NCBI GenBank assembly: GCA_965649115.1
Contig: CBFGJN010000026.1
Location: 1-23,725 of the forward strand
Length of the DNA stretch: 23,725 nt
DNA from: a candidate division WOR-3 bacterium
GTDB taxonomy: Bacteria; Hydrothermota; Hydrothermia; LBFQ01; DSFT01
Direction: 5' to 3'
How positions within the stretch are numbered: position 1 is the first letter of the stretch; each line of letters opens with the position of its first letter. The notes under the pieces were generated by a model. The model ran no database searches. It was not told the origin of the DNA and worked only from the letters and a program-made list of their open reading frames with translations. Position numbers and translations under genes: made by a program. Below, piece by piece: positions 16,906-23,725 of the stretch.

Positions 16906-18431
16906 GTGGAAGAACATGGAAAAATGTAAATTCTTATACCGCCGAAGAAATTAAAAATTATCTAATAAAAAATGGGGGCAAAGAACAGGAAGTCAAATCT
17001 CCACATGAGCACTGGCGAGTTAGATTTTCCGATTCAACTTTTACTTATTATAAAAAAGGGACTCTTTATAGCACTTTCTCTAACTCAAAAGACCCTGCGG
17101 TATTTCAAGCATGGCAACAAATAGATTCCATTGTTGGCTCTTGTTATATTCTGCCAAGTAAGGATTTTCTTATCGGTTTAGATGAAACTGGGAAGGGAGA
17201 AGTTATTGGACATACAGTTTTAACAGGCATAATTTTCCCAAAAGAGATTTTTAAAGAAATAGACCTATTGGTAGGTCCAGCAGATACAAAAAAGAGGCAC
17301 GAATTTAAATACTGGGATGATATCTTTATAAAATTGGATAAGTTGAGAAGCAGGGGTCTTGATTTTATCTATGAGAAAATCCCTCCTTGGCATGTTGATA
17401 AATATAACCTGAATAAAATAATGGATGTAAGTTATCAACGAATACTCTCTATTTTCCTACGAAAAATTGAAATTTCACGCTGTAGAATAGTTCTGGATGA
17501 TTATGGGATAGGAGACACTCTAAAACGATTTTTAAACTTCTTAAAACAACAAGGAGCGGAAGTTATCGTTGCTCAAAACTCTGAAGACAAATATCTTGAG
17601 GCAAAAGTTGCTTCGCTAATCTCAAAGAGACAAAGAGAAGCTATAATAAAAGCTATCAATGAAAACCCCGAATTTCAGATAGATGGATTATCTGTGGGTT
17701 CAGGTAATGCAGGAGATCCAAAAACTGACGCTTGGCTCAAAGCATGGTGGAATAAAAACAAAGATTTTCCTTGGTTTGTAAAGAGGTCTTTTAATAATGT
17801 GAGAATGATTGAGGGAAGGTCTGGGGGGATAAAAAAAATTTCTCCACCAATTGATGAAAAACTATTATCTGATAAATTTTTAGAGGATTTCAATGAAGGC
17901 AAGCTCTCTATTCGATCTCTTTCTTTGGTTTGTCCTCATTGCGGTACTGATTTAAAAAGTGTTGAGTTTGCGGTTTTCAAGAAAAATGGTAAGGATATAA
18001 GTGGAGTAAAATGTGTCAACAAGGATTGCGGAAAAATTATTGATAATGTAGGAATAACTTTAAGATATTATTGTGGATATATTTTACCAGATAGTAGTGC
18101 TATTCAGAGCAGGGTTATATCACGAGACCTTAACAGTTCAAAGTTTTTTGAAAATTTTACAATAATCCTTTCGCCAGTGGTTAGAAAAGAATGTGATGGA
18201 ACTCCAAGAGGAAAGAAAGAGTTTGAAGAATTGTCCAAACTCAATTCTATGGGCAGAATAAAATTAGAGAGTGTTGAAAAAATAGAAGAAATCTTGGATG
18301 ATCTAACTAATGAAGAAAGAGATGAAAGAATCATAGAAGATTGCATAAAATATAATGCCATATTATTAACTGCTGATAAATCTATGTTAGCATTTGCAAG
18401 CGGTAGAGATGTTTTCACAATATATCTTTAA
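16902..18431 (+). CDS. Fusion protein: RNase HIII-like N-domain, RNase HII/HIII catalytic domain, Zn ribbon and PIN nuclease domain
   Basis: TFTYYKKGTL (N-domain). IGLDETGKGE, ADTK, IVLDDY, SEDKYLEAKVASLISK, GSGNAGD and PWFVKRSF (type 2 RNase H). CPHC...CVNKDC (Zn). ILPDSS, SPVVRKE, RDERII and ILLTADK (PIN). ATGA overlap with hsdS. Confidence 0.8.
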   Translation: MSGRTWKNVNSYTAEEIKNYLIKNGGKEQEVKSPHEHWRVRFSDSTFTYYKKGTLYSTFSNSKDPAVFQAWQQIDSIVGSCYILPSKDFLIGLDETGKGEVIGHTVLTGIIFPKEIFKEIDLLVGPADTKKRHEFKYWDDIFIKLDKLRSRGLDFIYEKIPPWHVDKYNLNKIMDVSYQRILSIFLRKIEISRCRIVLDDYGIGDTLKRFLNFLKQQGAEVIVAQNSEDKYLEAKVASLISKRQREAIIKAINENPEFQIDGLSVGSGNAGDPKTDAWLKAWWNKNKDFPWFVKRSFNNVRMIEGRSGGIKKISPPIDEKLLSDKFLEDFNEGKLSIRSLSLVCPHCGTDLKSVEFAVFKKNGKDISGVKCVNKDCGKIIDNVGITLRYYCGYILPDSSAIQSRVISRDLNSSKFFENFTIILSPVVRKECDGTPRGKKEFEELSKLNSMGRIKLESVEKIEEILDDLTNEERDERIIEDCIKYNAILLTADKSMLAFASGRDVFTIYL

Positions 18432-18443
18432 AAATATCACCAA

Positions 18444-18505
18444 AATGTTGCTTTACCCAATAAATTAGGAATAATTATATTTTCCTAATTATTAGAAACA
18501 ACATT
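18444..18505. terminator. Imperfect long hairpin after the R-M cassette (possible terminator or operator)
   Basis: aatgttg (18444) pairs with caacatt (ends 18505), and aattagga pairs with tcctaatt. AT-rich, with no strong U tract. Confidence 0.35.
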
Positions 18506-18529
18506 CTCTTTATGGCTTAAAATTTTAGA

Positions 18530-21187
18530 ATGAATGAAAGTATGATTTTAGCAAAAAGTTTTAAAGAAAATTGGAATATAATAACCTTATCTCAACACAC
18601 AAAAGATATTCTATCAGCTTTTGAAAGTATAAAAGATAAAGTTCCAACTGAACTTCATCTACCAATAAAAATAGCAATTTTTTATCATGATTTTGGAAAG
18701 GTTATTCCAAAATTTCAAATAGAGAAACTTAGAAATAAAAACTATGAACCTTTTGATATTATATATGAAATTCCGCATTCTTTGTTTTCAGTCTTTTGGA
18801 TTGACGAAGAGAAAATAAAAGAAATTTTAAATGACGAAAAAATTATAAAATTTATTATTTCAGCAGTTGCTTATCATCACTGGCGAGAAAGTTTTGATGA
18901 TTACATAAGAACTAATGAAGATTTTAAAAAATTCGCTAAAAAGGTTTTAGATGAATGGAAAGATAAATTTGAAGAGAAATTAAGAAATGAATTTGGAAAT
19001 TTAAATATAAACGATACCGATATTTTTGAGTTAATTAAAAACATAGCTTTGAATGAGAAAAGATTGAAAAAAATTTTAAATAATTTTAGTTTTTATAGAA
19101 TAGCTATTCCACCTTATAAATTTGATTATCAGATTTTAAGAGAAACATTAAGCCAAAGCTTTGAAGACCAGAAAAAATGGATTTTAATTTCTGGATTTCT
19201 GCAAAGATGCGACCACTTTGCATCATTTTGTGAAGAAGAAGGAGAAAGTTTAGATAAAATTGAAATAAATCAGCCTGACTTTAATTCAGTAAGAGGAAAA
19301 GTAAAAGAAATAATAAAAGAAGATGAAAACAAAATCTGGCAAATTCAAAAATTAAATGAAGAAAGAAGAAATAAAAACTTGATTTTAATTGCTCCAACAG
19401 GTTATGGAAAAACTGAATTTGCATTTCTTTGGTCAAATTCAGAAAAGTTCATTTACACTTTGCCTTTGCGTTCAGCAGTAAATCAAATCTATGAGAGAGC
19501 AAAAGAAATTTTTGGAAATGAAAAAGTTGGATTACTTTATTCAGACGCAGATATTTATTTAAATGAAAAAGAAAAAGATGTTGGAGATACTTCAAAGCTC
19601 TATGAACTTGCCAAAGCTCTTTCTTTCCCTGCTATAATTTCAACAGGAGACCAATTCTTCCCTTATGCTTTAAGACCACCAGGATATGAAAAAATTTTTG
19701 CTTTATTTTCCTACTCACGACTTGTTATTGATGAAGTTCAAGCTTACGACCCAAAAGCTTGTGCTATTGTAGTTAGTTTTATTGAATGGGTTTATAAAAT
19801 GGGTGGAAAATTTCTCTTGATGAGTGCTACTATGCCAAGTTTTGTTTTAAATGAAATAAAAAAAAGAATTGGGAATAACTTTGATGAAATAAATATCTAC
19901 AAAGAAGAAAAAGAAAATTTTCAAAAATTTTTCAAACACAAAATAAAAATTGAGCTAATCAATAATGAAGAAGGTCAGATAAAACAAATCATAGAACAAG
20001 CAAAAAATGGCAAAAGAGTTCTTGTTATTTTAAATACAGTCAAAAAAGCACAAGAAATTTATGAAAAATTAAAAGAGAATGTAGATAATTCACTTAAAAA
20101 CAAAATTTTCTTAATTCACTCTCGTTTTACACTTGAAGATAGAAGAGAAAAAGAAACTAAACTTATTGAAAAGGAATTTAAAAACCCAAAACCTCAAGAT
20201 GAAAACGAAGGAAAAATTTTAGTGGCAACACAAGTTGTTGAAGCAAGCTTAGATATTGATGCTGATGTTCTATTTACTGAGATTTGCCCACTTGATGCCT
20301 TAATTCAAAGAATGGGAAGAGTTTTAAGAAGGTATTTTTATTCATCAGAAAGCACAGAGGAAAAGTCTGATTATAAAGTTTTTGGAGACAAACCTAATGT
20401 TTTCGTTTGGGTTTTCAAAAATGAACTTGAATCAGGACAAGGTAAAGTTTATAATAAGGAAATTATAAGACTTTCCTTAGTATGGCTTTGGAAGAAACAT
20501 AAGGATGAAATTTTAGATATTCCAGAAGAAAAAGCAAATAAAACAAAAGAAGAACTTTCGGAATTTTTTAGCCAGCATTTTGTTAATTTAATTCAACCTT
20601 CACAAAGAATAGAACAATCAAGCAGGAAAAGGAAGAGTAAGGAAAATGAAAATATACTACAAAAAATTATTGAAAATGATGAGTGGATCAATAATATCAA
20701 TGAGGAGTTAGTGATTGAGCTCAGTGAATACAGCAAGTTCAAACTTGTTGATAACTTTTACAAATCAATTCCTTCTGATAGTGAATATATTAAAGAATTT
20801 TATGAAACACTTGAAGTTATTGATAGTAGTTATATGTCAGAAAAAAGAAGTCAAGCTCAAGGAATTTTTAGAGAGATTTATAATGTTGATGTTATTATAA
20901 AAGAAAAATTAGAAGAATTTAAAAATGAAATTAGAAAATTTATAAAACATAAAAATTCATTTTTAGAATTTAAAAAAGACATTTTGATGAAATTTATTGT
21001 TTCTATTCCATATAGGAGAAGTTTGGATTTAAGTAAAAAATTAAATTATAAAATTGATGTTGAAGATGAAATTTGGAGAAAAAAATTATTTTCTTGGCTT
21101 GATGGAATTTACATTATTGATGGAAGTTATGACGAGGAAAAAGGTTTAATTTTTAAGGATTTTGAAGATGATTCAATCATTTATTGA
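18530..21187 (+). CDS. cas3: CRISPR-associated HD nuclease/helicase Cas3
   Basis: LSQHT, YHDFGK, PHS, AYHH, CDHFAS, APTGYGKT, DEVQ, MSAT, IHSRF, ATQVVEASLDID and QRMGR. Confidence 0.96.
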   Translation: MNESMILAKSFKENWNIITLSQHTKDILSAFESIKDKVPTELHLPIKIAIFYHDFGKVIPKFQIEKLRNKNYEPFDIIYEIPHSLFSVFWIDEEKIKEILNDEKIIKFIISAVAYHHWRESFDDYIRTNEDFKKFAKKVLDEWKDKFEEKLRNEFGNLNINDTDIFELIKNIALNEKRLKKILNNFSFYRIAIPPYKFDYQILRETLSQSFEDQKKWILISGFLQRCDHFASFCEEEGESLDKIEINQPDFNSVRGKVKEIIKEDENKIWQIQKLNEERRNKNLILIAPTGYGKTEFAFLWSNSEKFIYTLPLRSAVNQIYERAKEIFGNEKVGLLYSDADIYLNEKEKDVGDTSKLYELAKALSFPAIISTGDQFFPYALRPPGYEKIFALFSYSRLVIDEVQAYDPKACAIVVSFIEWVYKMGGKFLLMSATMPSFVLNEIKKRIGNNFDEINIYKEEKENFQKFFKHKIKIELINNEEGQIKQIIEQAKNGKRVLVILNTVKKAQEIYEKLKENVDNSLKNKIFLIHSRFTLEDRREKETKLIEKEFKNPKPQDENEGKILVATQVVEASLDIDADVLFTEICPLDALIQRMGRVLRRYFYSSESTEEKSDYKVFGDKPNVFVWVFKNELESGQGKVYNKEIIRLSLVWLWKKHKDEILDIPEEKANKTKEELSEFFSQHFVNLIQPSQRIEQSSRKRKSKENENILQKIIENDEWINNINEELVIELSEYSKFKLVDNFYKSIPSDSEYIKEFYETLEVIDSSYMSEKRSQAQGIFREIYNVDVIIKEKLEEFKNEIRKFIKHKNSFLEFKKDILMKFIVSIPYRRSLDLSKKLNYKIDVEDEIWRKKLFSWLDGIYIIDGSYDEEKGLIFKDFEDDSIIY

Positions 21188-21695
21188 TTTAAATAAGATG
21201 TACATTACAGGAGTTGAAGTTGCTTATTATATAGTTTGTAAAAGAAAGTTATGGTTATTTTCAAAGCAAATAAGTTTTGAGCATACATCGGAATTTATTG
21301 AAATTGGTAAAATTATTGAAAGACAATTTTACAGAGAAGAGGAAAAAATTACAAGTTATTTCTACGAACCAATAAAAATAGACTTTATAACTCTTGAAGA
21401 CGGCATTATTATTCATGAAGTTAAAAAAGGAAAATCACTTGAAACTGCTCACATTTACCAAGTTAAGTACTACATTTGGTTTTTAAGAAATAAAGGGATA
21501 AATGTAAAATACGGAATTATTCACTATCCGAAACTTCTAAAAAAAATTGAAGTTTATTTAGAAAATTCAGATAATGAAAAAATCCAAAATGCTTTAAATG
21601 AAATTTTAAAAATTAAATTTTTGAAGAAACCGCCAGAAGTTATAAATAAACCATATTGTAAAAAGTGCGCATATTTTTATTTTTGCTATGGATAG
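21168..21695 (+). CDS. cas4: CRISPR-associated exonuclease Cas4
   Basis: CKRKLWLF, KIDF..., HEVKK, QVKYY and CKKCAYFYFC (Fe-S cysteines). Start could alternatively be ATG 21198. Confidence 0.94.
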   Translation: MIQSFIDLNKMYITGVEVAYYIVCKRKLWLFSKQISFEHTSEFIEIGKIIERQFYREEEKITSYFYEPIKIDFITLEDGIIIHEVKKGKSLETAHIYQVKYYIWFLRNKGINVKYGIIHYPKLLKKIEVYLENSDNEKIQNALNEILKIKFLKKPPEVINKPYCKKCAYFYFCYG

Positions 21696-22638
21696 GAGTT
21701 ATTATATTTTAAAATCAGGGAGTTTATATAGAGAACAAAATACAATTGTTTTTGAGACAAGTGAAGGTAAGAAATTTTTACCTGTTGAAAATGTTAGAGA
21801 TATTTACCTTTTTGGTGAAGTTTCCTTAAATACAAAATTATTGAATTTTTTAAGTCAAAATGAAATTATCCTTCACATTTTTAATTATTATGGTTATTAT
21901 TCAGGAAGCTTCTTTCCAAGAGAAAAGTATATTTCAGGAAAATTATTAATTTTACAGGCTGAACACTATTTAGATTTTGACAAAAGACTGTTTTTAGCAA
22001 AGAAAACTATTGAAGGCTCAATTTCTAACATTTTAAGAAATTTAAAAGAAATAAATTCTCAAAGAATTGAAGAAGTTAAAAAAATTTTCAAAGAATTAGA
22101 AATTGCTAATGATATTGAAAAAATTATGAATATAGAAGGAAGAATAAGGGAAATTTATTATAATGAATTTTTTGAAATTGAAAAGAGAACAAGAAGACCA
22201 CCACTTGACCCAATAAATGCTTTAATTTCTTTTGGGAATTCACTTTTATATGCGACTATTATCTCTGAAATTTATATAACTCAATTAAATCCTACAATTA
22301 GTTATTTACACGAACCTTCTGAAAGAAGGTTTTCATTAGCACTTGATATTTCTGAAATTTTCAAGCCAATTATTGTTGATAATATAATTAGAAGAATTTT
22401 AAATCTTAACATAATTAACGAAAATGACTTTTTGAAGGAATTAAATTATTGTTATTTAAATGATGAGGGAAAAAGAAAATTTATTAAGGAATATGAAGAA
22501 AAACTAAAATCTACAATAAAACATAGAAAATTGAAAAGAAAAGTTTCTTATAGAATGTTAATTAGGCTTGAATGCTATAAAATTATGAAACATTTGTTGG
22601 GTGATGAGATATATGAACCTTTAAAAATTTGGTGGTAA
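21688..22638 (+). CDS. cas1: CRISPR-associated integrase Cas1 (type I-B-like)
   Basis: FNYYGYYSGSF, IEG, RRPPLDPINALISFGNSLLY, SYLHEP, LALDISEIFKP and LECYK...WW. Confidence 0.96.
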   Translation: MDRSYYILKSGSLYREQNTIVFETSEGKKFLPVENVRDIYLFGEVSLNTKLLNFLSQNEIILHIFNYYGYYSGSFFPREKYISGKLLILQAEHYLDFDKRLFLAKKTIEGSISNILRNLKEINSQRIEEVKKIFKELEIANDIEKIMNIEGRIREIYYNEFFEIEKRTRRPPLDPINALISFGNSLLYATIISEIYITQLNPTISYLHEPSERRFSLALDISEIFKPIIVDNIIRRILNLNIINENDFLKELNYCYLNDEGKRKFIKEYEEKLKSTIKHRKLKRKVSYRMLIRLECYKIMKHLLGDEIYEPLKIWW

Positions 22639-22639
22639 T

Positions 22640-22906
22640 ATGTTCTTTATTATTACCTATGATATTGCTGATGAACAAAGACTAAATAAGGTTAGAAAAA
22701 TTTTAAGAAAGTACTTTAATTGGGTTCAAAATAGTGTTTTTGAGGGCGAAATAACAGCATCAAAATTAGAAAAATGTATTTTTGAGCTTAAAGAAGTTAT
22801 AAATGAAAAAGAAGATTCAATTTATTTTTATCAAGTAGAAAATTACAAAGGACTTAAGAAAACGATTTTGGGTATAGCAAAGAATTTAACTGATAACATT
22901 ATTTAG
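22640..22906 (+). CDS. cas2: CRISPR-associated Cas2
   Basis: IITYDI, KVRKILRKY, WVQNSVFEG and DSIYFY. Confidence 0.96.
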   Translation: MFFIITYDIADEQRLNKVRKILRKYFNWVQNSVFEGEITASKLEKCIFELKEVINEKEDSIYFYQVENYKGLKKTILGIAKNLTDNII

Positions 22907-23114
22907 TCAAATTATATTTTTATTTAATTTATCAAATTTCAAATTATTTTTAAAATTGGATTTTTATTAACTTAACAATTTAATGGTAATTTTATCCTTT
23001 TAAATTTATTTTAAGTAAAGGCTTTTTCCAACCAATCAAATTAATTTTATTTTAATTAGACAATTTAAGGCAAAAGGTTAATAAATTGACAAATTAAATA
23101 AATAGTTTTTTTTG

Positions 23115-23255
23115 TGCTTTGTCCGATAAATAGTTTTAAATCTTTGAGCATTAACGACTTAAGAAAATTATAGTTTTAATGGGGGCGGAGTTCCCATGGC
23201 CAAAGGCTTAAATTCAGGGTAGGCAAAATATAGAAGAATATATATTTTTAGAATT
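23115..23255 (-). repeat. Degenerate inverted MITE copy
   Basis: Begins tgctttgtccgataa. Contains aagaaaattatagttttaatgggggc and aaaatatagaa...atttttagaatt, which are reverse complements of the 10913 copy. Confidence 0.7.
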
Positions 23256-23259
23256 TTCT

Positions 23260-23725
23260 TGTTTTAAAAAAATCAAATTAAAATTTTTTTAAATTGATAA
23301 ATTATTAAATTTTATTTTTAGAATAACTTTTATAAATTTACTTTTTAATTTGCTAAATTAAGGCATAAATTAAATAACTTATTGATTATCAATAATTTAG
23401 ACCTTGTCACAAACCCCCCTCTTTTTTAAAAATTTCCATTTTTCAAAACTTTAATTTTAATCAGGCAAATTAAAATTTAGTATTTATAAGGAATTTAGAT
23501 ATATTTTAAGTTATTGGTTTTCAATAACTTATAAAATTTTTTATTTTAAAAGCTTATCAGAAGCAAGAGTCACAAACCTAAAATTTTGAAGAATTTTATT
23601 TAGCGAATTAGAATTAGATAATTTAATTAAGTTATTGATTAAGAGTTATTTATTAATTTATCATTTTAATTTGACTAATAACAAGGTGGAGGTTTGTGGC
23701 AATTGACATTCGTTTGAGGTATGCT
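23260..23725 (+). promoter_or_regulatory. Probable CRISPR leader; any array would lie beyond the window
   Basis: Very AT-rich and non-coding, downstream of cas2. IHF-like palindromes at 23375 and 23507, half site at 23628. gtcacaaacc at 23406 and 23569, with inverted ggtttgtggc at 23691. No repeated CRISPR unit is visible. Confidence 0.5.

Noticed and set aside
11417..18470. TAAATTAGGA direct repeat as a proven att site or TSD of the cassette
   Set aside because: Only 10 bp in AT-rich DNA, the left copy overlaps the hsdR SD, and no recombinase is present. Kept only as weak supporting evidence.
18444..18505. Hairpin as an integron attC site
   Set aside because: No convincing RYYYAAC/GTTRRRY core pair and no integrase in the window.
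22140..22200. Cas1 looks a few residues short before KRTRRPP
   Set aside because: This is a variable loop and the catalytic E/H/E motifs are intact. It cannot be judged without an alignment.
23691..23725. Possible first CRISPR repeat at the window end
   Set aside because: Only one copy is visible and it is truncated. ggtttgtggc is better read as the inverted partner of the gtcacaaacc leader motif. No array can be called.

Overview
AT-rich bacterial window. The organism is probably a diderm FCB-group thermophile-like lineage, inferred from a TonB-dependent receptor, a PorV/PorQ-like protein and Lys/Glu-rich proteins. From left to right: (1) the 5' end of an N4/N6 DNA methyltransferase and a coiled-coil/PD-(D/E)xK-like gene, both on the minus strand; (2) a non-coding region with about 12 DnaA-box-like 9-mers, IHF-like palindromes and an AT-rich tract (candidate oriC); (3) a TPP riboswitch leading a thi4-tenA-thiC-TonB receptor operon; (4) a minus-strand housekeeping cluster (hypothetical, hbd, PorV/Q-like, Nudix, HhH outer-membrane protein); (5) a defence region. 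In that region a 3' remnant of cas5 starts at the edge of a 205-bp MITE. It is followed by an inserted four-gene cassette and then cas3-cas4-cas1-cas2 (type I-B-like, no cas6/8/7) and a probable CRISPR leader at the window edge. The cassette holds hsdR, hsdM, an HsdS with two near-identical TRDs fused to a Panacea/DUF4065-like domain, and a coupled RNase H-Zn ribbon-PIN fusion gene. It is the best candidate for an undescribed system: a type I R-M enzyme possibly guarded by a built-in antitoxin/RNase-toxin pair. A 205-bp MITE family is scattered through the intergenic spaces. All family assignments come from motif recognition by eye, not database searches.
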